A stretch of 64,000 nt of DNA from an uncultured Roseobacteraceae bacterium (lineage in GTDB: Bacteria > Bacteroidota > Bacteroidia > Cytophagales > Flammeovirgaceae): positions 1,164 through 65,163 of the forward strand of contig CAZRQL010000012.1 of NCBI GenBank assembly GCA_964602415.1. Direction: 5' to 3'. The position numbers and the translations under genes were made by a program. Under the pieces are notes generated by a model that made no database searches, was not told where the DNA came from, and worked only from the letters and a program-made list of their open reading frames with translations. Positions 15,488-25,378 of this stretch are shown piece by piece (position 1 is the stretch's first letter; the number at the start of each line of letters is the position of its first letter).

Positions 15488-17437
15488 TCAAGGCTTCATA
15501 TTGATTCCCCTGCCTTTTTTGCGTTTGGAAGCCAATCTTTTAATCAAACTGGCACTGATAGACACAAAGTCACTTTCTGTAATGACCCCAACGAGTTTTC
15601 GATTGGAGACCACCGGCAGGCATCCGATTCCCTTGGTTTGCATCATCTCAATTGCGTCCAATAGCGAGGCTTCAGGCCCAATGGTAACAGGCTCGCGGAT
15701 CATAATTTCTTGGATGGATTGGGGTTCTTTGAATTCGTTTTTGTAAAGCGAAGCGAAATAGCGCAGCAGCCTTCGAGAACTTATCAACCCCACCAACTCC
15801 CCTGTACTGCTTTCGATGGGTATGTAGCGCAAATGCTGCCAGTCCATCATATCGGCACAAAACTCAGGGATTTCATGTTCGCCAATAGTAAAAATATCGG
15901 TGGTCATAAACTCCTCCACCAACAAAGTGGTTGGCTCCCAGTCTGCTATTTCTTCCAGAGTAGCCAGCGGCCATGTGTGTGCAGGCAAGCCGGTTTGTTG
16001 GTGTCTTGCCATGGCGGCCACCACAGCAATAGAGGCCTCATCGCGGGTGGTCTCCCTGAGCAAGCGTGAATAGGACTCGGTGAGCCACACAGCCCCTGTG
16101 CGCCCCGTATGGTTGCGCTCTTCTATGATTCCCAAATATTTATCTATGTCCGACTGCGAAACTCCACGTGAAACCAAACCATGTCTGGCCAAAGGCAACA
16201 ATTCTTTGGCTATCAGTTCTGTATCGGCTATAGACTTTCCGCCTACCCAAGTAAAGCGCGAACCCAGCCCGTTTTTGGCGGCGCGGAAGAAGTTGCTCTT
16301 GGCATCTTGGAAATCCATGACCCTGCTTACATCGGGGTAGGCATCTTTGGCTCCCACCATCATACCAAACCAAAAAGCCGAATTGGCGATTTCATCATCC
16401 ACGGTAGGGCCTGCCGGCAGTGCCCGCTGCTCGATGCGCAGGTGAGGCTTGCCGTTGCTGCTGATACCATAACAGGGTCTGTTCCAGCGGTAAACAGTAG
16501 AGTTATGAATCGAAAGAGCACGCAGAGCCGGAGTGCCGCCTTCGTTGAGGGTTTTGAATACATCTTCTTCTATATCGCACATCAAAAGCACCCTGAAACG
16601 ACTAATTCCTTCTTTGTATAGTTCTGCAATAGAGCCTTTTAGCCAAGATTCGCCGAAGTTTACCCTTGGGCTGGTGTAGCGCAGGTGCTCTCCCGCCAGT
16701 CTGGTGTCCACCGACTGCTGAAACAGTGCAATTCGGGTTTCAGACCAAAGCCTTTTGCCAAAAAGCATCGGGGAGTTTGTGCCTATGGCCACCAGCGGGG
16801 CCGTAATGGCCTGTGCCCAGTTGTAGGAGCGCACAAAATCATCAGGGTCTATTTGCAAATGAATTTGGAAACTGGTGTTACAAGCCTCAATCAAAGCCGA
16901 AGAATGTCTTATGTTAAGCTCGTCTGCCCCTTCGATTTTGAGTTCGAGGTTCTGTCCGCGCATGATATTAATGGCCTCTATCAGAGCGTAGTACCGGTCT
17001 ATGGGTGTCAGGTTCTCCAATTCCACATCAAACTTGCGAATCGTGGGCAAAATACCGGTCAAAATCGGCATCGCTTCATAAGATACAGACAAGTCAAGAA
17101 GTGTTTGTAGCTTGGTTTTCAGTGTATTGGCAAACTGAGTCAGGCAATCACCCTTTAGTTCTAAAGGATCAAGGTTCATTTCGAGGTTGAACTTGGCAAT
17201 CTCTGTGGTAAACATCGGATCGTTGATGGCCGACAAAATCTCAACAGCCTTTGGAGCAGGCTTGCCGTGGTCGTCTATGAGGCAAATTTCTTGTTCGGCA
17301 CCAATGCGCGTGATGCCTGTCTCAAACATATCATAACGCAACATGCGCTCCAAAGCCTGAACATCTTTGAGCAAAAATTTTACAAAATCATTGAGTTCGG
17401 ATTGTGATTTGGCAACTCGTACGCCTTTGGCTCCCAT
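15488..17437 (-). CDS. GCS2-like carboxylate-amine ligase fused to a C-terminal CBS-domain pair
   Basis: The N-terminal ~500 aa resemble glutamate-cysteine ligase family 2 (RIGAEQEICLIDDHGKP, SFQIHLQIDPDDF). The C-terminal ~130 aa form two CBS motifs (VEEFMTTDIFTI...LRYIPIES..GELVGLIS; IMIREPVTI...GCLPVVSNRKLVGVITESD). Confidence 0.7.
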   Translation of the reverse strand: MGAKGVRVAKSQSELNDFVKFLLKDVQALERMLRYDMFETGITRIGAEQEICLIDDHGKPAPKAVEILSAINDPMFTTEIAKFNLEMNLDPLELKGDCLTQFANTLKTKLQTLLDLSVSYEAMPILTGILPTIRKFDVELENLTPIDRYYALIEAINIMRGQNLELKIEGADELNIRHSSALIEACNTSFQIHLQIDPDDFVRSYNWAQAITAPLVAIGTNSPMLFGKRLWSETRIALFQQSVDTRLAGEHLRYTSPRVNFGESWLKGSIAELYKEGISRFRVLLMCDIEEDVFKTLNEGGTPALRALSIHNSTVYRWNRPCYGISSNGKPHLRIEQRALPAGPTVDDEIANSAFWFGMMVGAKDAYPDVSRVMDFQDAKSNFFRAAKNGLGSRFTWVGGKSIADTELIAKELLPLARHGLVSRGVSQSDIDKYLGIIEERNHTGRTGAVWLTESYSRLLRETTRDEASIAVVAAMARHQQTGLPAHTWPLATLEEIADWEPTTLLVEEFMTTDIFTIGEHEIPEFCADMMDWQHLRYIPIESSTGELVGLISSRRLLRYFASLYKNEFKEPQSIQEIMIREPVTIGPEASLLDAIEMMQTKGIGCLPVVSNRKLVGVITESDFVSISASLIKRLASKRKKGRGINMKP

Positions 17438-17523
17438 AATTTGAATTTTTTGGGAAATAAAAGTGAATAAATTGGGAAATCAAAATGAACCCAAAAAGAA
17501 ATTTTACGCTCTTTTTTTGTCGC

Positions 17524-17949
17524 TTACAGACAGATTTTATCGACTCTTCGTTGGTGTCTTCCCCCTTCAAAAGGTTCATTGATAAATGTATGTACCATTT
17601 CAATAGCCAAGTCCACATCTACAAAACGCGCCGGAATACAGATGATGTTGGCATTGTTGTGCTGACGGGCCAATCGCGCAATCTCGACCGTCCAACACAA
17701 AGCTGCCCTTACGCGGGCGTGTTTATTGGCTGCCATACAAACACCGTTGCCACTGCCACAGAGCAAAATACCACATCCAAAAGCCTCTGAATCAATCGCT
17801 TGGGCAACTTTATGGGCGTAATCGGGGTAATCAACAGACTCTGAGCTTTCGGGGCCAACATCTTCAATATCAAAAGATTGTTTCAATGCTTGGACTATTG
17901 ACTGTTTGTACTCAAATCCGGCGTGGTCTGAACCGATAACAATTTTCAT
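17524..17949 (-). CDS. rpiB: Ribose-5-phosphate isomerase B
   Basis: LacAB/RpiB motifs IGSDHAGFEYK and LLCGSGNGVCMAANK. Confidence 0.9.
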   Translation of the reverse strand: MKIVIGSDHAGFEYKQSIVQALKQSFDIEDVGPESSESVDYPDYAHKVAQAIDSEAFGCGILLCGSGNGVCMAANKHARVRAALCWTVEIARLARQHNNANIICIPARFVDVDLAIEMVHTFINEPFEGGRHQRRVDKICL

Positions 17950-17952
17950 AAA

Positions 17953-18912
17953 TTAGAGCAATTGTGAGATGATTTTTTCGGTGGTCATGCCTTGGGCTTC
18001 GGCTTTAAAGTTCCTTACGATTCTGTGCCGCAATATGGGAGTAGCTACCGCTTTAACATCCTCTATATCAGGGGAATACTTACCTACGGTCAGAGCATGA
18101 CACTTGGCCCCCAAAATCAGGTATTGTGAGGCGCGAGGCCCCGCTCCCCACTCCAGAAATTCATTGGTTTGCGGGGCTGCCATTGGTTTTCCGGGGCGTG
18201 TTTTGGATACCAGTTTCACTGCATACTCCACTACATTGTCAGGGACAGGTACACGGCGCACAAGTGACTGAAAATAAAGGATTTCTTCTTTTGACAGGAT
18301 GGTTTCAGCCCGAGGATTCAGAGCGGTGGTTGTGTTTTTGACAATATCTACTTCAGCCTCAAAATCAGGATAATCCAAGACAATATTGAACATAAACCTA
18401 TCCAACTGCGCCTCAGGCAAAGGATAAGTACCTTCTTGCTCAATAGGGTTTTGGGTTGCTAGTACGAAAAAAGGCTTATCAAGTTGATACTGAACCCCTG
18501 CCACAGTTACACAATATTCTTGCATGGCTTCCAACAAAGCCGCTTGGGTTTTGGGGGGGGTGCGGTTGATTTCATCTGCCAAAATAATATTGGAAAATAT
18601 CGGCCCTTTGATGAAGCGAAAATTACGCTCTTTGTCCATTGTCTCCGAACCCAAAATATCAGAGGGCATCAAATCGGGAGTAAATTGTATTCGGTTGAAA
18701 TTGAGGTTTAAAACTGATGCGACCGTCTGAATAAGCAGTGTTTTGGCCAATCCGGGCACACCCACCAGCAAGCAGTGCCCTTGGCAAAATATACTTGTCA
18801 GGGTAAGTTCCACGGTTTCTTTTTGGCCTACGATGACTTTGCCAATTTCTTGGGTAAGTTGGCCAAATTTTTCGTGCAGTGCATCTGCACCGGTTTTGTC
18901 TGAGGTGTACAT
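17953..18912 (-). CDS. MoxR-family AAA+ ATPase
   Basis: Walker A GVPGLAKT and Walker B ILADEINRTPPKTQAALLEAMQE. The C-terminal region is MoxR-like, with the MoxR-typical FxVLATQNP motif. Confidence 0.9.
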   Translation of the reverse strand: MYTSDKTGADALHEKFGQLTQEIGKVIVGQKETVELTLTSIFCQGHCLLVGVPGLAKTLLIQTVASVLNLNFNRIQFTPDLMPSDILGSETMDKERNFRFIKGPIFSNIILADEINRTPPKTQAALLEAMQEYCVTVAGVQYQLDKPFFVLATQNPIEQEGTYPLPEAQLDRFMFNIVLDYPDFEAEVDIVKNTTTALNPRAETILSKEEILYFQSLVRRVPVPDNVVEYAVKLVSKTRPGKPMAAPQTNEFLEWGAGPRASQYLILGAKCHALTVGKYSPDIEDVKAVATPILRHRIVRNFKAEAQGMTTEKIISQLL

Positions 18913-19556
18913 TATCTGGGTGAGTTGTTTTGTTTATTTTTATTTTTTCTGCGCTTTTTGCGGCGGTTGCGGTTTTCAGATTCAGTAGCAGGGTAGGGCA
19001 CTCCAAAACTTGCACTTCCCAGCAGGTTGGGGTTTTCTGACACCTCTGCTCTGATGTCAAGAGTGCCTTTGGATAGGTCAAAAATCGTATCTGCGATGGC
19101 TGAAGAGCTAAGGTCTTTTATCCAAGACGAATAAAATGTTTTCATCGTTTTGGCTATGTACAATGTCGTATCTTTTCGCAAACTCTCATCGCTGATTTTA
19201 CAGGTAGAGGCAATCATTCTTTCCAAATTGCGTCCGAAGTGCTTGTACTTGGGGCTGCCATGGGGATAGGGCAGCGGTTTGGGCTTTTGAGCCAATTCCT
19301 CCGGCTTGGGGACTTCAAAGGGCGAATCAATGTCAATATCGTAACCCGCCATCATAAACAATTGATCCCAAGCTCTTTGTTGGTTTTCAGCAGAATCTCT
19401 CACCGGATTGATAAGGCGCATGATATGAACCAGTTGTGAGGCAAGCTCATTTCTTTGCTTCTTATCCGTTATGGTTTTTAGGTGATTAATAAGATTTTGA
19501 ATGTTTCGCCCGTATTCTTTCAGAATAACAGGCTCTCTTTGGGTATCATATTGCAT
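18912..19556 (-). CDS. DUF4290 domain-containing protein
   Basis: The N-terminus MQYDTQREPVILKEYGRNIQNLINHL matches my recollection of DUF4290. Its stop overlaps the moxR start as TAATG. Confidence 0.65.
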   Translation of the reverse strand: MQYDTQREPVILKEYGRNIQNLINHLKTITDKKQRNELASQLVHIMRLINPVRDSAENQQRAWDQLFMMAGYDIDIDSPFEVPKPEELAQKPKPLPYPHGSPKYKHFGRNLERMIASTCKISDESLRKDTTLYIAKTMKTFYSSWIKDLSSSAIADTIFDLSKGTLDIRAEVSENPNLLGSASFGVPYPATESENRNRRKKRRKNKNKQNNSPR

Positions 19557-19861
19557 TAGGGAGAGAAAAATATATCTTATTTAAGACGCAAGTAAATAAA
19601 AAAATGTCATCTGACAATATCAAATTTGGTATAAGCCAAACAGCAACTTTATCTATTGCGAAAGGTCTGTTCAAAAACAATCCTTTGAAAACCTCGTTAA
19701 AGTAGAAGCTCGTTGAATATGTTAGGCAATAATGACATCTTTGCAAAAAGTAAGACAATAAAATTAAAAAAAAATAAAATTTAATACACAAATCCTTTGT
19801 ATAGATTGCTTAAAAACGGGCATCAAAATTGTACTATCGTATAAGATAGCCAAATAATTTT

Positions 19862-20269
19862 ATGATAACTATGTCTGCTAAGTTTTATTTTTTATTGTTG
19901 ATTCAAATTTCTACTTATAGTGTTGATAATTTGCAAGTTAGCCCTGTGCTTCAGCAAATAGCCGAGGCCTTCAAAAACAACGAGCCTGACAAAATTGCTT
20001 CATTTTTCAATACTCAAATAGAACTCAATTTCGACGATGATAAAGCCAGTTACGGAAAAAATCAGGCGGAAATCTTGCTTAAAGAATTTATGAAGAAAAA
20101 CCCCCCAAAAGGGTTTGAATACCTCCACCAAGGTACGGCAAAGGAAGGGCGTTTGTATGCCATCAGCAAATACAAAACCCAACAACATAGTTTCAATATC
20201 TATATCTTATTGAAGCAGGTATCCGGAGTTTACAAAATAGACACCCTTGACTTTTCTTCTGAAAATTAG
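19862..20269 (+). CDS. DUF4783 domain-containing protein
   Basis: 135 aa with a signal peptide. The pattern IASFFNTQIELNFDDDKASYGKNQAEILLKEFMKKNPPKGFEYLHQG...YAISKY resembles DUF4783. Confidence 0.6.
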   Translation: MITMSAKFYFLLLIQISTYSVDNLQVSPVLQQIAEAFKNNEPDKIASFFNTQIELNFDDDKASYGKNQAEILLKEFMKKNPPKGFEYLHQGTAKEGRLYAISKYKTQQHSFNIYILLKQVSGVYKIDTLDFSSEN

Positions 20270-22401
20270 AAAGCCAGTTCTTCTTTGATTTTCGTGCCGA
20301 CATTGTTTTGAGGCTCTTGGTCTTTGACATCATGGGTTACAAGGATGGTGAACTGATTTGGGGACGACTGCTTGATTTCAGAGACAAAACTTGGCTTTCC
20401 CTCAAAGAGCAAATGGCTGCGTCTAATAAATCCCCCATAGTCCAAATCTAACAACAAAGAGCGGTAAAAAGGTTTGACAGGAAAGACCCTTGATTGTTTG
20501 TTGTCTGTATAATCTAAAAAATTCGCAAAGATGTAAGCCCCGTTTGGATGAAGAAAAAAACCACATATATTCCCTTTGACAGAGAACACATTTTGGAAAA
20601 TAATTTCACCTTTTAGATTGATTTTCAAATACCTATACTTTTCCAATTCTTTGCTTTTTGTAGCCTCTTTGCTACCTACCAACAAAGCCAGTTCGTTGTG
20701 GCTCATGAGCCGGATATCTTGGATGATGCCATTATTTATCACTTCTTGGCTTAGTACGATTTGGCCTTCAATGTCCAATACAACCAGCTTTGATTCATAT
20801 TCATCTGATCTTCGCGCCAAAATTGACAGAGCAATCACGCCACTCTGGCTTACCGTTAGGCAAGTTACTTTGTCATCGCTGGGCAGTTTGTCCAAGTACA
20901 TACTAAATTTCCTTATCCAATGGACTTTTGCGAGGCTACTCGCCGTTGAGTCGCTGCTATTTTCTACCGAACACACAAACGCGTCCAATGTACCGGTTTG
21001 TGGATTTAAAAAATACCCTCCAACGATATACCTGTTTTCGTTGAGTTTTGCCGCGTGAGTGGCTGAGTAAAAACCTTCCTTGCGCAAGGAGGTGTCGGTT
21101 GCAAAATGTATGACCCCGTTCAACTCAAAGGTTTCGTTTCTGTAAAACCCTCTAAAAGTCTGTGCTTTATCAACCTGATAGTAGCGGGCCGCACGGTTTT
21201 GAAGCAAGATCAATTCGCCTTCCAACAACTCATAAAATCTTGACAAACTGCCAAATATGTTTTCCAACAAGGGTTCGTAACTCACCATTCGATTTCTCAA
21301 CTGTATAAGGCTATCCAACCGGGTCAAGGTCAGGTTGCTTTGGAAAGCCAAGATTTCCATCAGTCGGCTTCGATAGCTTTCTTCTGTTCTTGGGTCAATA
21401 GCCAAAGAATAAAAGTCATTGTGATAGGCCAACAGCTCAATTTTATCGCGTCGGTAGTAGAGGTACGAAACCAAGGGAGCTTGGATATCAATGGCCAAAA
21501 AGTCTTGACAAAGACCGTTAAATGTATCGTCCTCTACCGTTGATTGAATGACTTTGCCTACTTCAAGGCTGTCGGTGATGGCATCGAATCGTTTGATGAT
21601 AGTCTGGAGGTCTCTTTGCCAAGAGGGAATCTTTGCCAATAGCCTTTTGATTTGTTTAGCCCAGCTCCCAAAATCGTAGAGCAGTACGTTTTTACCGGCA
21701 AATTGCTCTTCTAAGCCTCTGATGAGTTCCGGTTTGTCAATGCCCACCAACTTAAAACTCTGTTTGTAAGGGCTATTGGCTGCTTTGTGGTATTTGTCAA
21801 TTTGAGTCTGGAGTTCTTGGCCTAAAGCAATAAGTTCTTCGAGGACAACTCTGTCCGGTTCCTCAAAAGAAAATAAAAAATCTGAAAGTAATGTATTTGC
21901 TTTCAATAAGTTGTTGAAAATATCTGCTTGATTGCCAACAATAGTTTTGATTTGTTGGGATAGGTTGGTCAGTTCCCTTTGCAGCGACTGCTCTTTTTGC
22001 TTTTCGGCTTGTCGGACGGAGATGTATTTTTTACATTCTTCGATAGAAGGCTGTTTTATTTGTAGCTCTCTGGCAAAGTAACCTGAAAACTTTTTGAAGT
22101 CTGATTTGGTTAAGTATTTGATAGACAAAGCATAGTACTGGATAGCGGAGTCCATTAACACTTGGTAAAGACTCGGGTTCTCATACACCACCCTCTCGGC
22201 AGCTTGCTCGTAGATTTTGGCGAGCTGCAAGTAAGGAAAAGACCTACCTTTTTTTTGTACAAAGGCTTTGAGTTCGCCAATGGCAGCTTGGGTTTCTTGA
22301 TTTTGAACCAACAAATCAATTTGCTCGTAGTGCTTTTGTTGGGCGCGGGCACTCAGGGCAATCATAAAAAGGCAAAAAAGCAAATATGGCTTGTAATACA
22401 T
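20266..22401 (-). CDS. Secreted hypothetical protein (711 aa), no recognised domain
   Basis: Signal peptide MYYKPYLLFCLFMIALSARAQQ. The N-terminal half is helical/coiled-coil and the C-terminal half is beta-rich. It starts 6 nt downstream of the methyltransferase gene on the same strand. Confidence 0.6.
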   Translation of the reverse strand: MYYKPYLLFCLFMIALSARAQQKHYEQIDLLVQNQETQAAIGELKAFVQKKGRSFPYLQLAKIYEQAAERVVYENPSLYQVLMDSAIQYYALSIKYLTKSDFKKFSGYFARELQIKQPSIEECKKYISVRQAEKQKEQSLQRELTNLSQQIKTIVGNQADIFNNLLKANTLLSDFLFSFEEPDRVVLEELIALGQELQTQIDKYHKAANSPYKQSFKLVGIDKPELIRGLEEQFAGKNVLLYDFGSWAKQIKRLLAKIPSWQRDLQTIIKRFDAITDSLEVGKVIQSTVEDDTFNGLCQDFLAIDIQAPLVSYLYYRRDKIELLAYHNDFYSLAIDPRTEESYRSRLMEILAFQSNLTLTRLDSLIQLRNRMVSYEPLLENIFGSLSRFYELLEGELILLQNRAARYYQVDKAQTFRGFYRNETFELNGVIHFATDTSLRKEGFYSATHAAKLNENRYIVGGYFLNPQTGTLDAFVCSVENSSDSTASSLAKVHWIRKFSMYLDKLPSDDKVTCLTVSQSGVIALSILARRSDEYESKLVVLDIEGQIVLSQEVINNGIIQDIRLMSHNELALLVGSKEATKSKELEKYRYLKINLKGEIIFQNVFSVKGNICGFFLHPNGAYIFANFLDYTDNKQSRVFPVKPFYRSLLLDLDYGGFIRRSHLLFEGKPSFVSEIKQSSPNQFTILVTHDVKDQEPQNNVGTKIKEELAF

Positions 22402-22407
22402 TGTTTG

Positions 22408-23169
22408 TTAGCGGATTATTTTTTCTAAAACAAAAATCATTCTGTCGGAATTGCTTTCAAAGTCTTCAAGTTGATACGAGCCGAACACCTGCTTGCAAGC
22501 AAGATTGCAAGCCATGAAGTAGTCCATAAATTCATCGTATTGGATGGCTTTTACTTTTTCGTAGAAAGTATGAACCTCATTGGTATCTCGTATTTCTATG
22601 GTTTTCAATATAAACCCGGATTCTAACTTTCTGGTAATAAAAAATTCGACTCCCTCAATTTTTTTGATTTCTTGCTCTTTGAGGTTTTTTATGACTTTGT
22701 CAGGGTTAAAAAAATCCAATACAAATTTTCCGTTGGGCAGCAAGGCTTGGCTGCATTGGGCGATTACTTGTTGGTTATCTTCATGATTTTCAAAATATCC
22801 TATACTGGTAAAGAGGTTGCAAACCCAATCGAATTGCCCCAACAGATAGGGATGGCGCATGTCCCTAACATAAAAGTTTATGTTGTTGAGGTTTTCCAGT
22901 TTGACTTGCTCATTGGCTGCATAGATGTTGTTGGGGGCAATATCAATTCCTACTACATTGAAACCCAGTTTGTTGAGATAGATGGCATGTCTTCCTTTTC
23001 CGCAGGCTACATCCAAGACAGAAGCAGGTGGCTCAATTTTCAGGTATGCGACGAGATTATCTAAAAATTGAGAGGCTTCTTTTTCGTCTCGATTTTGGTA
23101 CAAAATATGATAATAAGGCGTATTAAACCAGCTCTCAAACCAATTGCTCATCATGTTGATTTTGCGCAA
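22408..23169 (-). CDS. Class I SAM-dependent methyltransferase
   Basis: Motif I VLDVACGKGRHAIYL, post-I VVGIDI, and further Rossmann-fold MTase motifs. Confidence 0.8.
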   Translation of the reverse strand: MRKINMMSNWFESWFNTPYYHILYQNRDEKEASQFLDNLVAYLKIEPPASVLDVACGKGRHAIYLNKLGFNVVGIDIAPNNIYAANEQVKLENLNNINFYVRDMRHPYLLGQFDWVCNLFTSIGYFENHEDNQQVIAQCSQALLPNGKFVLDFFNPDKVIKNLKEQEIKKIEGVEFFITRKLESGFILKTIEIRDTNEVHTFYEKVKAIQYDEFMDYFMACNLACKQVFGSYQLEDFESNSDRMIFVLEKIIR

Positions 23170-23284
23170 AGCTATGCTTTTGTCATTATTGAGCCATATT
23201 GGTTAATAATCATTTGCAAATGAATCTGAAAAACCTGTTTCTGTCCGTTGTCTCACTTTAAGATGTAGTATTGAGCAGATTTTT

Positions 23285-24904
23285 ATGATGAGAAAACTCT
23301 GGATATGGATTTTGTTGTTTGATTATCAAGTTTATGCACAGAAATTTGAACCCAAGCGCGAATTTAGAGCCGTATGGATAGCTACCGTAAACAACATCGA
23401 TTGGCCATCAAGAGCAGGACTTTCTCCCGATTTGCAGCGCACCGAATTTATTTCCCTTCTTGACAGGTACAAAAAATTGGGTTTCAATGCAGTAATTGTA
23501 CAAATACGCCCCAGTTGTGATGCCTTTTATCGGAGCGACTATGAGCCTTGGAGTCAATGGCTTACCGGCAAACAAGCCAATCCACCATCGCCGTATTATG
23601 ACCCTTTGGAGTTTATGATAGCTGAGGCCAAAAAAAGACAGATGGAGTTCCACGCTTGGATCAATCCCTTGAGGGTGATGAGTTATTCAAAGTATTGGGA
23701 GGCGCACAAGACTCACATTTCGTACACCCGTCCCGAGTGGATACTCTCTTACGGAAACCTCAAAATTCTCGATCCGGGCTTGCCTGTTGTTCGTCAGTAT
23801 ATTTCAAAAATCGTGGGTGATATTGTTCGCCGCTATGATGTTGCGGGTATCCATTTTGATGATTATTTTTATCCTTATCCCGATGGTGAGTCCAAACTCA
23901 ACGATGAAAAGAGTTTTAAGAGCTACAAAGGCAGTTTTACCAAAAAAAACGAGTGGCGCATAGAAAATATGAATTTGCTGATAAAAGAGGTCTCAGACAG
24001 CATCAAAAAAAACAAGCCCTATGTCAAATTTGGAATTAGCCCCTACAGCACTTGGCGCAACATATCCACCACACCGCTGGGTTCTGCCACCAATTCGGGC
24101 TACACATGCTACGACCACTTGTTTGCAGATGTGCGTAAGTGGCTGCAAATGGGTTGGATAGATTATGTTGCACCGCAACTCTACCAGCACAGCCAGCACC
24201 GCAACAGCCCTTTTAAGGTATTGGCTCAGTGGTGGGCACGCAATACATTTGGCAGGCATTTGTATGTAGGGCTTGCGTCTTATCGCTATTTGGTGGACGA
24301 AGGGGCTTGGCGCGACCGCAAAGAGTTGCCCGGTCAAATCCGTTTTGCACGGGTTCAGCCCCAAATACAAGGAGCGATTTTTTACAGTTCAAAATCCATC
24401 ATATCCAACCAAGGCTCGATTGCAGATACTTTGAGGCAAAATCTTTACAACCATATCGCGCTTGTGCCGCCTATGCGCTGGCTGGATTCGATACCCCCCT
24501 CTCAGCCCGAGCAACTCAGGGTCAGCATAACCAATGGGTCTGTCGAGCTTTCTTGGGCTGACTCAAACAAAACCCAAGATACAGCCGGCTACTATGCCAT
24601 TTATCGCTTTGAAAAAAAACGGCGGCGGTACTTCGACAACCCCAAAAACCTAATAGCACTCACCAATCAAAGGTGGTATAGGGATGAATTTACGGCAGAT
24701 ACCTCTTATTTTGAGTACTTTGTATCGGCTTTTGACAAACTTCACAACGAAAGTTTACCCTGCGGAGTGATGACAACACCCGATGCCATCATCGAAAACC
24801 AGGTATTTGAGGCGAAGGAGAAATCAATTGCAGCCAAAGAAGCGGGGTATTTCTACAAACTCATGAGCGAAAACATGAGAACCTATTTTAGGCTTCGTCA
24901 GTGA
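23285..24904 (+). CDS. Glycoside hydrolase-like family 10 (GHL10/UPF0748, YngK-like) lipoprotein or secreted protein
   Basis: Has a signal peptide and the hallmark REFRAVWIATVNNIDWPS, followed by a TIM-barrel-like region and a C-terminal Fn3-like segment. Confidence 0.75.
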   Translation: MMRKLWIWILLFDYQVYAQKFEPKREFRAVWIATVNNIDWPSRAGLSPDLQRTEFISLLDRYKKLGFNAVIVQIRPSCDAFYRSDYEPWSQWLTGKQANPPSPYYDPLEFMIAEAKKRQMEFHAWINPLRVMSYSKYWEAHKTHISYTRPEWILSYGNLKILDPGLPVVRQYISKIVGDIVRRYDVAGIHFDDYFYPYPDGESKLNDEKSFKSYKGSFTKKNEWRIENMNLLIKEVSDSIKKNKPYVKFGISPYSTWRNISTTPLGSATNSGYTCYDHLFADVRKWLQMGWIDYVAPQLYQHSQHRNSPFKVLAQWWARNTFGRHLYVGLASYRYLVDEGAWRDRKELPGQIRFARVQPQIQGAIFYSSKSIISNQGSIADTLRQNLYNHIALVPPMRWLDSIPPSQPEQLRVSITNGSVELSWADSNKTQDTAGYYAIYRFEKKRRRYFDNPKNLIALTNQRWYRDEFTADTSYFEYFVSAFDKLHNESLPCGVMTTPDAIIENQVFEAKEKSIAAKEAGYFYKLMSENMRTYFRLRQ

Positions 24905-25310
24905 GCACCGCGCGAATTTTATCCAATTCTTCGGAGGTCAAAGGCTTGGTTATGAATTTGATGATGTGCTCATTGGCAAGCATCTGATCCATATCTCTTT
25001 TATTGTCCGAACTGGTCAGTACGGCGATTTTTACCCTGTCCTTTAGCTCTTGAGGAAAACTCTCCAGTTCGTACATAAACACAAAACCATCCACTATCGG
25101 CATATTGATGTCAAGCAGAACCAAATCAGGGAGGCTGTCTAAATCGTCGAACTTAGACTCGAAATACTCCAAAGCACTTTTTCCCGAATTTCTGACTTCT
25201 ACTTCCTGAGCGAACTTTGTCAATTCAATGATTCTTCGATTGATAAAATTATCTGTATCGTTATCATCAACCAGTAAAACCTTTTTGACAGCATATTTTT
25301 TTTCGCTCAT
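24888..25310 (-). CDS. Stand-alone response-regulator receiver (CheY-like) protein
   Basis: REC motifs VLLVDDND, the phospho-acceptor in LVLLDINMP, VLTSS and KFITKP. There is no output domain. Confidence 0.85.
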   Translation of the reverse strand: MSEKKYAVKKVLLVDDNDTDNFINRRIIELTKFAQEVEVRNSGKSALEYFESKFDDLDSLPDLVLLDINMPIVDGFVFMYELESFPQELKDRVKIAVLTSSDNKRDMDQMLANEHIIKFITKPLTSEELDKIRAVLTDEA

Positions 25311-25378
25311 GACGTTTCTCTAATTTTTTTCAGCAAAAATACAAAAAAAACGATAACAAGAACCTAATTAGCATGATT

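Noticed and set aside
18553-18560. Short coding homopolymers: G8 in moxR (18553-18560) and C9 in yqgE (about 32497-32505) as phase-variation sites.
   Set aside because: The tracts are short and lie in conserved housekeeping-type genes where they encode conserved residues (PPK and WGG). They are far less compelling than the T17 and A15 tracts.
19546-19791. 81-aa minus-strand ORF in the DUF4290/DUF4783 divergent spacer.
   Set aside because: It lies in AT-rich promoter DNA, and its Phe/Leu/Ile/Tyr-rich translation is typical of AT-rich non-coding sequence. It also overlaps the DUF4290 start.
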